This document shows positions 24,802-43,202 of a DNA stretch of 64,000 nt, piece by piece. The stretch's first letter is position 1, and every line of letters begins with the position of its first letter. The position numbers and the translations under genes are program-made. Origin of the DNA: Auanema rhodensis (lineage: Eukaryota; Animalia; Nematoda); assembly GCA_964057225.1 (NCBI GenBank), contig OZ059899.1:4836001-4900000 (forward strand), in the 5' to 3' direction. Below the pieces are notes generated by a model. It was not told the DNA's origin. It saw only the letters and a list, made by a program, of their open reading frames with translations, and searched no databases.

Positions 24802-27103
24802 ATGAGGTAAGCTTATAAATCTAAGAAAAAGTTCAAGTTCAAGTTTCATATTATTTTAATTTCATTATTTTCGTTTAATTTCATCATATTATAGAACTCT
24901 CTTAATAATTCCTTTTCTGACTATTTCCGGTGTTCTGACACAGAAAGTTGGTCCACCTGGTCCAATCTCATCCCACTTCCTGGATTGGCTAATTGCTCAC
25001 GGGTATTTTTATAACATTATACTTTTTTCTGATAATTTGTCTAATAGATATGAGTCGGATGCATTTGATAGGCCTGACGTAGGCCCAAATGGCAGTTTTG
25101 GTGGAAAAAAGAGAACCTCAGAAAAAGTGATAACTATTCACGTGCATAATTGTAACGAAAAATATTTATTTAGATTAATAATGAACCAGTTATATTCATT
25201 CATGGAAACGGTGATGCTGCACTTCATACTCAAGCTCCTTTAGCTACTGGATGGAGCAGGTTTACTTTATTAGCGAGATAGTTTTATTGACTCGTTTTGA
25301 TTTTTAGATCTATACAATATTTCTTAGAACAGAATTATACTGAAGCTGAACTGTATGCTACAACATGGGGAGATGCTTGGGGAAGCGGTTCAATATTAGA
25401 TAGTTACAGCACTATGCATACATGCGCTAATTTGTTATATCTGAGAAGGTATTTTTGAAGAAATAAATAACCGTAGTTTAAAAAAAATTGTTCTTATAGA
25501 TTTATTGAAGCCGTGATATCTTACACTGGCGCTAAAAAGATTGATGTTATCGCCCATTCTGTTGGTGTTCCTCTTGCTAGGTAAGTTGAAATAATCTTCT
25601 ATTTCTCTATCACATAAAGATATGAAATGAATATTTGAAAAAAAAATTTTTTTCAGAAAAGTTTTAAAAGGTGGTGATCTTATCGGCACTGATGGAAATT
25701 GCACTCTCGGGCCTCCACTGACCGATAAAATTGATACATTTGTAGGAATTGCAGGACCTAACTACGGTATAAATGAAAGCTCATCCAAAAATATACATTT
25801 TATTTTTTTCAGGTCTTTGTGTTTGTCAACTAGCTCAAACTGTGCCAGCATGGTGCAACGCTTTAGATGGTTTATATCCTGGATACACTTGTCAAGATCA
25901 GGTTAACTAATATATTTTATCATTTCATCCCTCATTCGACTTCTCTTCTCTTCCTAAATCTAAAAAGAAAGTAAAGCGGTTGCAAATAAGCTAAACAGAT
26001 CTATTTGGAAAATCCAAATAATATCTCAGCTTATTTCAAATAGCCTATGATCGTTATTTGGTTTGCCGATTTTTGGATAAGCTTGTCTACGCCAACATAC
26101 AATTAGTATCAATCCAGCCTAGCCTATACAGAATCGGATTGAAACGTAAGAGTGATACCCACATCTATAAAGCGTGTAAGAAAACATAAACATCGGACCT
26201 TTCAACAGCATGCATCTAGCGTTCTCTTCATGTATTGCAATCTGCCTATTTTATGTGATATACTTAAATCTCGATGCAATTCTAAACGTTAAAAGCTGAG
26301 ACAAGCGATATCGAATATGTCAAAGTCTTCGTTGTCTCGATTACCCAACCCAGCTTGTGGTCCATCTGCTTAGTTGTCATAATCCTGTTCCTTATCCCTT
26401 CTACCAACCGGTTTTAGTTCATTTGATGGGTGTCCACACTATCTCGGGCTATACACGGGGCTAACTAACGTTGCTTAGCTGATGAGATTGAACGAGAAAA
26501 ATCAGACGGGCAACATCAAATAGGTCTGGTTGGTTTTTGGTTTTTATAAAGCTTATCCCCCATCTGACTTCAAAATAAAAAAAAAGACAGAAGATTTTTG
26601 GTTCAAAAGCATTATTCAATTCTTTAAACTGATTTATGATGTCCCCACACTAGTACCAAAAGATAGGAACTGGAAACTTAACTGTCACAAAAATATCTAA
26701 TTATTTATCCTTCCAATAAAATTCATTATGATGATTCTTCTTTTTTAAAATCGCAAAATATAACAAAACTTTTCAGCTTCTTTGTGGATATGCTTCCGGG
26801 GATTGTCAGCAAGAAAACTATTCAGCTTTGTTAGAAAAGATCAACAGAGATCCCGTTAGGGAAGCTGAACATATATATGCTATGTGGAGTGACGGTTTCT
26901 GAGGAACATAAGTAATTTTCCATTATAACCCAACTGTTTCAGTTGATGAGGTCTTGTTGTTCCGAGGAATGACATGGGGTAAACCAACCTCTAGGATTCC
27001 TGGTATGAACGGCCGATGGGTTTCCGATCGTAACGGTCACGTGGCCATGAAGGATCTCACAGAATTGAGGCAATACGAAGCTGTTGTTCACCATTCCATT
27101 TAA
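24802..27103 (+). CDS. Secreted class-2 lipase (lips family, Lipase_2/EstA-like)
   Basis: Signal peptide MRTLLIIPFLTISGVLT, then GSFGGK, PVIFIHGN, YTEAELYATTWG, nucleophile elbow IDVIAHSVG, DTFVGIAGPNYG, WSDVDE and GHVAMK. Confidence 0.9.
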
Positions 27104-27402
27104 GACAATCTAGGAACGTCTTGTTTGAGAATTTTTAACTTATTTGTTTTCACTCATGTACATAATATGAAATATTTTATTTTGCCAAGATAGCATAATA
27201 ACAGGATTGTGAGATGTTTTAACATGTAAATTACCGGCGGCTTTGAACCGATTGATGCTAGTTTCGATAGGGATAATACAGAGATCAACTGCCAAAATAA
27301 GAAAACAATATAGCTTAGTCTTAACGAAATGAATGCGAATCATAATTTTAATTTTAAAAAGTAGTAAAATAGTTAACTTAAAACTGATATTTCAACTGTA
27401 CA

Positions 27403-33161
<5,759 letters not shown>

Positions 33162-33233
33162 CTTCTAAACAAAATAATATTTCAAACGAGAAATGAATTA
33201 TCATTCTTCAAAAACACATGCTAAACAAGACAA

Positions 33234-33440
33234 GGCCAATCAGATTTGTACCGACCTCACAGCAAACACCAAAGAGGAATTTGAAAGGGTACAGTATTCG
33301 AACGCACGCTTTGGCGCGTAGCTATTTACAAGGCCTGCATGTCTAACCTAATATACGTAACATGTAGCCGCGTAATTTTGCGTATTTCTAGGAAAATTTG
33401 GATCGATGTGTATATGTTACGTTAACTGAATTTGATTGGA
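33234..33440. promoter_or_regulatory. Bidirectional promoter of isw-1 and Pcc1, with an E2F-like site and CCAAT boxes
   Basis: Divergent ATGs at 33161 and 33500. TTTGGCGCG at 33310-33318; CCAATCA near 33236; TGATTGG near 33433. Confidence 0.5.
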
Positions 33441-33499
33441 CACATAACTATACTAACTAATGTTCATTTGAAAGCTTGGAACCTATAAATTCTAGACTA

Positions 33500-33948
33500 A
33501 TGGAAATCGACCAATCAACTGCTTCCTCTTCTGATGAAGAAAATATTCTTGAAGTCGATCGTAAAAACAAGGCGTTAGTGTGAAAAGTTAGAATTATTTT
33601 TTATTTAAATTTAGTGAGATAAAACTCAATATGGGGTGCTCAAAAACTGCATCTATCGTATTAAATACGTTATCCGTTGATAGAGAACCAAGCAGAAGCC
33701 AAGCACATAGACTTCTCCGTGCAGATGATGATACTCTAATTGTGTACGAAATATTCTCCTTTATTGTACTCTTTTTGAAATAATTTAGACAGATATCTAG
33801 TTTCGAATCTCGTTCTCTTCAAAAGTCTATAGCTAATGTTCTTGATATGTGCGAGCTTGCCAGATCTACCGTCGAACTTGCAGATAGCAAGGCGTGGCTA
33901 AAGTCCGGTCGACCAGCTGGGAAAAAAAGAAGATTGAATGAAACATAA
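33500..33948 (+). CDS. EKC/KEOPS subunit Pcc1/LAGE3
   Basis: TASIVLNTLSVDREPSRSQAHRLLRADDDTLIVQISSFESRSLQKSIANVLDMCELARST fits the Pcc1 pattern. Three exons. Confidence 0.8.
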
Positions 33949-34093
33949 GAATAATTTTCTTGTTATATTTCTTACTCTCGTTATTTTAATATTTGTTGAA
34001 CGTTAATGTTCTAATTATTACTGTTGAATGGTCATTTCCATAACTACTACAGAATTTAAAACTTTTAAAATTATCTCTTTTCTTTTTTAGAAA

Positions 34094-37000
34094 ATGTTTA
34101 AAAATTTAATGTCAAAGGTAGAAGAAGCAAAAAAAATTACAGCTTCTGTCGGTGAGCAAATAACACAACAAGTTGGAGATCAAATAAGAAATTTGGTTTG
34201 TTTCAAACATTGTTTTGTGTTGATTCACTGAATTTAGAATGAAGCTAACAACGATAGTGGTGGTATCACTCGAAGGTTAAAAACAGCAATTGGGGTTAAT
34301 GCAGATGCAAAGGACTTATCACCTTCTGTTAGTTTTGATATAGACTATATTTTTGGCTTATATTACTATTTCATTACTATCTGAAATTTTCTTAGAAGTT
34401 GGACGGCCTGGATTCCATACCTGAAGGAGATCTGCTAGGATTAGATATACCGAAAAGAGAGAGAAGGTGGTCAGGAGATTCCAATATGAGTGTGGAAAGG
34501 TAGCTTGGCTTCTATTCTATTCTTTCAATATTGTATTATAGTTCTGTATCCACATTTTTCCAATCTATACCTGGAATGCTTACCAGTACTTTGGAGACTT
34601 TAGATTCTGATCAAGAAAGTGTTGTTGAGGATTCAAGTTCTACTCTCATAAAATCAGCTTCGAAAGAACAGGTATGAAAAAAAAAGGTATTTATTACTAT
34701 TCTGTTACAGATATCAACAGTTTTGTCCAAATTACAAGGTAGAGCAGCTAATTATAAAGATAAATATCGCGATCTTGTGAAGCAGTATAATTCTTTAGTG
34801 GCTGAAAACAATAAATGCCGAGTAATTATTATGAAAATTAATTTAATTCATATTGAAAAACTTTTCAGACTGTTCTTGCACAAACCCAAGATAAAGCTTT
34901 AACAAGAATTGAAAAACTCCGAGGGGACAAGAAAGTTTTGGCTGAAAAGTTGAAAGAAAGTCATGAGCGGTTAAATCAAGGGGTCAGTATTGAAAAAACA
35001 ATTTATTATATACAACAGAGCTACAGGAAAGCCCATCTAAACACCAAAAGCTTGAAGAGCTACTTGAGAAATGTAAGGCTGAAATAAACAAAAATCGTTT
35101 GAAGTTAAAAGAATTATCAGATGAAAATGATAAGCTCAAGGCTCCCGCATCGGTAAGTCTTAATTAAAAGTTAAATTTTAATAATTAATCTGATATTTTT
35201 AGGAATCTGCTGACGGAGTATCGGAAGAATGGAATGAACGGATTAATAAAGTCGAAGAAGATTGGATGCAACGACTTAATCAAGTAATGCTCGAAAAGTG
35301 TCTGTATATTTTTGTATTATATCTAGGGTGAATCCGATCATGCCCTACAACTTGCTACGACGAAAGCTGAAATGCATGGAGCACTCGAGATTAAAGACAG
35401 AGAGGTTTTATTCCATTATATTTTTCAAACTTATTTTTTTCTTTTCAAGATTGAATCTTGGAGGGCAAAATGCCGAACTTTAGAAATTCAAGATGGTCAG
35501 GCGAATGAACGATGGCAAAAGAAAGTAGACGATCTCCAGGAAATCGTAAAGGTATCTTCGTACGCGTTTATCCTTTTGATTCATTCTCATAGGCTTTGGA
35601 AGCTGAAAAAACGGATATGATTGAGAAACTATCTACAGCCAAACAACAAGGAGTGCAAGCTGTGCGTGAAGAAGAAGAACAAAAGCGGTCAGAGATGATG
35701 GCCGAATTTAAAGAGCGTGAGCAGAAATTTCAAAATGACTTAGAAAACAAATTAGAAGAAATTACAAAGCAGCACGCTGTAGATTTAGATAAACTGGTAA
35801 GTATTCAATATGCATAAATTTTAAAAATGTATTTTAGCATCTTTTGATGAAGGACCAAAATATACCTAAGGCTACTTCGGAAGATATTAGCAATCATGAT
35901 GAACTTTTGTCTCAGATGAAAGCAAGTATTTCTGAATTGGAATGCAAATTAGCAGAAAAAGTTTTTATTGCTGTTCACTTATTCATATGTTCTATGGTTG
36001 TTTAAGGAGGACGAGATGAAAGTAGCACTTGAACATTCAAGCCAACGTCAAAGAGATGAGGTTGCTGCTCTCATTAGTGAGCATGAGGAAATTATTACGC
36101 AAACCCGGCAGCAAAATGAGGTTGAGCGCGCTGCCTCTGTGTCTAAGTTAATGCTAACTTTATTCATTTGAATTATTTTCTTATTCTCTAGGTTGGAGTA
36201 TGCTCAGAATGAATCCGACCATTTAAGAAAGAAAGTGGAAAGTCTTCAGAAAGAGCTCGATCAGCAAGTTGTGGATAAAAGTGACGAAGCTCAAAAAAAA
36301 GAAGTAAGAATAAAATTATTTATTTATATTAAATTCAAAATTTAGAAATTGTTGACTACTAAGATTAATGAGTTGCAAGATAACTTAGCAGCATTGCAAT
36401 TAAAATCAACAACTGATAAAGAAGAGTTTATTGTTCAACACAATAAAGAAAAACGCGGTTTTGATACTCAAATTGAAAATCTTCAGCAGCAGCTTGATAC
36501 AAAAATTTCTGAGCTCCAAGAATTAACTGAAAAGTAAGTTGTTTATTTTCAATTTTCATGTTTCTTTTCATGTTTTATTTATCTCTCTGCTTAGTTTTAT
36601 ACTTCACATTTTATGCTAATCTCTCTTTATTCTAATTTTTGATTTCTAGTAGTAGATTACGCCGCTGCGTCAATGTTCCGCTTGTCCTCCTATGTCGATT
36701 TTTATTTTCATGAATTTGAAGAGAATTTTGTTTTGGTAATCGAAAATCTTTCATGATTTTAGTTTTTTTCCAATGTTTCTCTCTTTCTCTTTTCATTACT
36801 ATTTTATTTTCATTTGCGCTGTTATATGGCGTGCTGCTCCAAGGAGTGGCCGTAGCAGCATGATTAGCTGTTGTTTATGTAGATCGACCAAATTCACTGT
36901 GTTTTCTTTTGCAAATGTATAAGTATTCTATCGATTTTAGCTCCTAAAATTGTTATTTTACCCTAAGATGAAATGCACGATAAGTGTTCAATGAAAGCTT

Positions 37001-40000
37001 CTTCCATTCTCTCAGGCAATGGTGTCCTATTACTGCTTTTCCCAATATAACGTGCTCATGAGATTATACTTCTTTGCTGGCGCGCTCGCTCAATTTCCTT
37101 CTAGACGTTGCATCCTTTGTTGTTAGTTTCTCCCTTTTCAGAGCCGTTGTTCAGCAGAATGAGTATGATGTTAGGATCACAGAATTAACAACGATGCTAG
37201 ATGAGAAAACCGAAGCTTTACGACAAAGCGAAGCTAAACGGGATGAAATTCAGGTTTATTTTGCAATGTTTTTTTATTCTTCATGTTGTTCTCAGAGAGA
37301 CTTAGAAGCTGCCAAAGAATTGTCAGCAATGCATGAGCATTTGAGGAGTGAGCTAGAGGTATAAAAAATATTTCAATGGTATGTTCATATTAAAACTTAC
37401 AGGAGACAAGGAAGCAGAGAGATTTAGTTGAAGTAAAAGTTTTAGAGCTTATATCTCGTGCTGAAAGTGCTGAAAAAGCTCTAGAAGGTTATTTTCCTTT
37501 ATGTCTTAAGTAGGACGCCTAATTTTATAGAAGATAGAACTAAACTCGCTAATGAGAAACGCGAATTGGAGGAATCGTTTACTAAATCTACCTCGAATGT
37601 TTTGGAGTCCAGTGATCTACCGTCTTTCGATCAATTGGGGGTATTTATTCATTTTCTCATTCATTTTACTCTGTCTATATGTTCCAGCAAGCTAACGATG
37701 AAACGAGAGCGGAAGAACACTCTCAGACAGTTTCTGAATTAAACAACGAAATTGCTGCGCTACAAAAAAAAATAGAGAATCTAATCCAAGAAAAAGATAA
37801 ATTAGCTTCTGAATTTAATCTCCTTCGTAGTACTGCTGACAGTGAGGAAACATTGAAAGTAAAGCATATTGTATTACTTGTCCTTTTTGTACTTTTCTTT
37901 TTTTAAGGTGGATCTTGATATTGCTAGAGAAAGAATCAAGCAATTACAGGATGATGTAAACTCTCACTCTGACTTATATAATAAGCTTCAAAATGAAACA
38001 AACGAACTAATTTGTTCGTTAAAACAACAAGTTGAAGAGAAAGAATCATCTTTGGGGGAACTTTCAACTGAGTTAGCCGAGAAGATTGAAATTTTAAATT
38101 CTTTGTCTGGCTCCAATGACACATTGAGCAAAAAAGTACAAGAACTTGGAGAAGTCGTTAGTCATTAACCTAATATTTTTGTTTCAAAATATCATTAAGG
38201 AGATTGAAATCCGCAAGCAGTTAGTGGAAACAGAATCGGGATTAGAAAAGCTTAACAATGAGTTAGTAAATGTTCGAGATGAGAAGAAATTGCTCGAAGA
38301 GGAGATATGTCAAGTAACTTTAATTTTTTTTTTTTTTTTTTTTTGAGTTAAATTTTAGCTGAGAGAAGAGCAAAACGTTTCGGTCAAAGCGTACGAAGAG
38401 AGAATACTTCTATTAAAGTCAACCGAAGAAAAGTTTTCTGATGCTGAATCTGAAATTGTGAATATTCATTTCCTTCGTGCACATTTTGCTTAATCTATTT
38501 CAGAGAATTTACAAAGACAAGATTGCCGCTTTAGAAAAATCCGAGGAGCAATTTAGTGATCAGTTAAAGGAAAGAAATGAAAAGATCAACGAGTTAGAAA
38601 CAGAACTTCACAAGTAAAGTATTAAAGCTATGATAAACATTATGAAGATTTTTCAGAAAACAAAATGATCTCCAATCTATTGAGGAAAATATGGTATCTC
38701 AAATCCACAAAATTGAAGAATTGGATTCAATACATAAACAGGAGTTAGCAAATAAGGATAACGAATATTCAAAACTAGAAGAGGAAATTTCTTCACTTAA
38801 AAATGATCTCAAAAGTTTTGGGCAAGCTGCTGATGATAACGCTTCCAAGGTAGAGTTTTTTTTGAAGATTTCATTTTTATGATATCTCTTTCGCTATCAC
38901 AATTCCGATTTTGTGATCTTGTAGGACTCTGAATCTACATCAAAAGTTGAAGAACTCGAAAATCTAAACGAGCGATTGAGAGTAGAATTTATAGCAAAGG
39001 CGTGTATTCCAGTGACTATTGTAGTTATTATTATTATTTCAGGAAAACATAATAACCGAACTTCGCAAATCGGTTGATGATGCTAGAGAAGAAACAGCTA
39101 AAAAGCAAGTGGAATATGAAGCTAAAGTTGCTGAACTGCAAGTATTTAAATCATATTTTCTAAATTTTTTTATTATTTTTCTGTTTTTTCAGGGGCAGTT
39201 GTCGGCTGAATTAGACGGTAAGAAGGCTGCTGACCTTATATCTATTGAAAACCAACGAGAAATAGAGTCTCTCAAGCAATCTCTTGAGGATAAGGAAAGT
39301 AATCATAAAAAGATGCTTGAAGAGGAACAAACATTAAGGCAATTTGTTAGTTTATTTCAAATCAAATGTTTTTTTTACTTTATAGAGAGCAATATGCTAG
39401 TGCTCTTGAAAACGTTAGAAACCAACTTGAAGATGCAGTGAAAGAAAATTCTGCACTATCCACTCTTCGCTCGGAAAAAGAATCTATTGCTCAAAATCTC
39501 TCCGATCTATCAGAAGAATATAAGAAGTATCAGTTAGAGCAAGAAGAGGTAGTAAGACTTGTTTTTTTTTCTGAAAATTTTTCTTGCAGAAATTCAATGC
39601 TGAAGTAAAAAATCTGACGCAGAAGGCAGAATCTAACTTGAATAAGATGAAACAAAACTCTGAAAAGGATATAGCTGCTGCAAAAGCAGAACTTATGCTT
39701 CAGGTTTCATAGAAATTTGTGATTTTTCTTTAAATTACGGAATATATAGATTGATGAATTGAGAGCTTCTATTTCTGAAAAAGATCGTAAACTTGATGAT
39801 GGAACTTTAGAAAGAGCCAAACTAGAACAGCAGCTTATTTCTCTGTCATCGGTTAAAGAAGAATTAGATGAGAAGAAAGAAAAGGAAAAGAAGGTATTTC
39901 AATCTAATATTGCCTCAAATATGATTTTTGTTTTCAGTTGTCTTCTAAAGTGACTGATCAGGAACATAAGATTATTGAGCTCGAAGCGGATAATAAATTA

Positions 40001-41008
40001 TTGAAAGATAAAAAATCTGATCTAGAATTACAACGTGAAGATCTGAATACAAAGATAAATGATTTTGAAAATAAAGTCAAGGAATTGCAATTGAAGGTAA
40101 TTATTCTATTTTCTATTTTTGAAAACGAAGTTCTAGGTTGGTGAATTAGAAGAATTTAATGCTGATGGTCTTCGTAAAGCTGCTGCCAAACAAGATACTG
40201 ATAGCAAAAAGGTAATTGAGAATAATATTTATATTTCAAACCAAAAAATTTCAGGTTATTCGCGAATTACAGAAAGAAGTTAAACAATTGTACATGGAGC
40301 TAAATGAAAAAACTGAAGCTTTAGATAAGCTCAAAGCAGAAAATGACGTTAAAGAGGAAAGTGCTGTTCAGAAAACTGTTAGTAGTCAAAATAAATCACT
40401 TGAGAAAGATTACATGGTAATTACTCTGGAATTTTATCTTGTATTTATCATATTTCAGTATGAGGAAGAACTAGAAAATATGCGGAAACGGTTGAATGAT
40501 TCTCATAAGGAAATCGATCACTTGAGAGAACGAAATGAACTTCTTCAACGTAGCATAGATTCTCATACTAAAGTATAACTTTTGGAACAGAAGATATAGT
40601 TTTCATTTTTATGTTTTAGAACAATTCCCCTGCTACTATATCTGTAAATGGTGGTGATAAAAAAACAACAGGCTACGATGATATAGGTTTTGCTCATTCT
40701 GCTGAAGCAGAGGTAAACTTATAAATATAAAACAATTGCTTATATATTTTAATTACAGTATCTCAAAAATGTTCTTTATCGTTATATGGCGGAACGTGAA
40801 ACTTTAGGAAAAGAATGTGTAGTATGTTTTCATTTAAAATCACTGACCAAATTTTCCAATTAAGACATTGGCACGTGTTATCGGAACTGTTGCTAAGTTT
40901 GATAAACGCCAACTTGATGTTGTACTCAGTAAAGAAGAATCTAGGGTGTCTACTTGGGTAGAAGGCACTGTGAACCAAGTTTCTCATGTACTGGGTGGAG
41001 CTAGATAG
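34094..41008 (+). CDS. golg-4: GRIP-domain golgin (GOLGA4/golgin-245-like)
   Basis: N-terminal MFKNLMSKVEE, more than 30 coiled-coil exons, and C-terminal GRIP domain AEAEYLKNVLYRYM...TLARVIGTVAKF...EESRVSTW. Confidence 0.88.
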
Positions 41009-41431
41009 AAAGTTTATATAGGAACGACCCTTCACAATTTTCGCCTTTTTGTACATATATATATATATTCATGTGCAATCGGGTACTGATGAGGCAACTA
41101 ATATTTCATACTTAGAATATCTAATTTAACAATCATTTTAAAATGTCAGTTTTAGGCTAGGCATCAACAGTTTTACTTTAATATTTTAGCCGAATCGCAT
41201 GAATATCATGCCTGTGATGCAAATCTGTGAAGAAAATGTGATTTCTAACTTATTGAATTTTACAGAGACTATTTATATGTTATTAAGTTATGGTGGGAGT
41301 TTTCTGTAATAATGCTTTAGATATAAAATAAATAAATATTAATATTTCGATGATTTTATTTATTGAAATGTAAATTTCATCTTACTTGCTTTTTAGTAAT
41401 TTGTATTTAATGGCTGATTTTTTGATCAGGT

Positions 41432-42350
41432 ATGGCTGTATCAGTCACTTTGCCGAGCGGCCGTATTATGAAGTATATAGGAGAGAAGGAGGTTGAATCC
41501 AATTTGATACATAGGGGGTTCAAAGGCGACGTGTCCTTAACAAGTATTGATAGATCAGACATCACGAGACATGTGTATGAAGGAGGCTTCAAGGTGATCC
41601 TCCTTTCAACATTGAAAAAGCCTATTTCCTTTAGGTATGGGAATGTTCCATTGATCTTTGTGCTTTAATCGAGAATAATCAAGAGCTTTTTTTGAACAAA
41701 AGAGTGATTGAAGTTTAATGGTTTAAACTATCAAGCATACTTGATTTTTTTGTTTACAGCTCGGCTGTGGTGCTGGCCTTCCCGCTATTTTGACTTTAAT
41801 TTTTGGGGCTGAATGCGTTGCATTTCAAGATTTCGTATGTTGCATATACGGACCTAAGGTTTAAAAATGAATAATTTGGTTCTAGAATAGTTGCGTCGTC
41901 GAGTGTTTTACTAAAGACAATATAATTTTGAACGGTGCTGCTATTGAAAAAAGTATTCTTCTCGGCTGTGACTGGAAAAACATATCAGGAATTCCTCAAA
42001 AATCGTAACTTTTTTTTAAATTCCGCCATTTTTTTTCTCTTCAGTTTTGACGTTGTTCTAACATCTGAAACTATTTATAATCAGGATGATTATGAATCTC
42101 TCCATAATGCTCTAGATTTCTGTTTATCTCCAGATGGTTTTTGGTATGTTCATAAAAATTATTCGAAAAAGATTTTGAATATTTTAGCTGGTTAGCGGCT
42201 AAATTTTTCTATTTCGGTTTAACCGGGGATGTACCATCATTCATGGAATTTGTGAAATCAAAAGGAGTTTTTGATATAACTCAAAAATTAGTAATTGACA
42301 CGTCCGTTCCACGAAGAATATTAGAAATAAAAAGAAAGCTAACGAGTTAA
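41432..42350 (+). CDS. Histidine protein methyltransferase METTL18/Hpm1
   Basis: SDITRHVYEGGFKVWECSIDL, KRVIELGCGAGLP, AFQDFN, FDVVLTSETIYN, LAAKFFYFG. Confidence 0.9.
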
Positions 42351-43202
42351 GCAGGGTACTACTTTTTGTTCGATTTTTTGTTTGTTGATTTTAATCATTG
42401 TTTTACTGATTCATAAACAGAGTATTTTATGTTGGCCTTATAATTATTGAGTTTTAGTTGGATTTTCCATGTCAAATATATATATATATATATTATATAT
42501 GTGTGCGTATATGACAACGCATTTTGGATACATGTGTGAAGAACCTTAATAGCCTTTACACTTGCTATCACAACTATTCGAGTGAGCGAACCGATTGTTT
42601 ACTTTTCTTTCGTCAACTTCTTGGACTACAGAAGAGCTATGTGAAGCGTATAATACATCCGTTTTCTTTTGTTCATCATCATTTTCTTCTCTTCGTTTAC
42701 TCTGTTAAACTTTTACAATTTAGGGCTCCTTCTCGTTTTCTTCAACTGTTTCTCTAATACAGTTGGTTCTTGCTATGAAAATCGTATCCATAAATTTCTC
42801 CAAGGCATATCTGTACTCTACTTAGCAACAATTATATACATGTGATATAGATAGGCATTACATATGTTTCATAATATTATATTTTCTCGTTATTTCATAT
42901 ATTCCTTTTTAAAATTAGAAAAACCTTGATGGAATGAATACTTCAATTGATTGCTAATGCTATTTTTTTTGTTTGCTGATTATTTTATCTATTGCACACT
43001 ATTCTCAAACTTCTTCATTGATTTTATGAGTCAGTATTTTTCAGTATTCGTGCTATAGTGTTATTATCTATAACAATCAAACGTTGTCTTCGCACTCTCG
43101 TTTCTAATGTTGTTTCATTATTAGGTTCAGCTTGTTCATCATCTTTTTTTTTTGCAATCGTTTTATAAAATATTGTCTCTACTTTTCTTTTCAGTGAATT
43201 CC

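Noticed and set aside
26126-26137. GCCTAGCCTA as a telomerase RNA template
   Set aside because: It does not match the GCCTAA repeat needed for TTAGGC, and no pseudoknot or H/ACA domain could be shown.
38324-38344. T21 homopolymer
   Set aside because: Ordinary intronic poly-T with no associated retroelement or target-site duplication.
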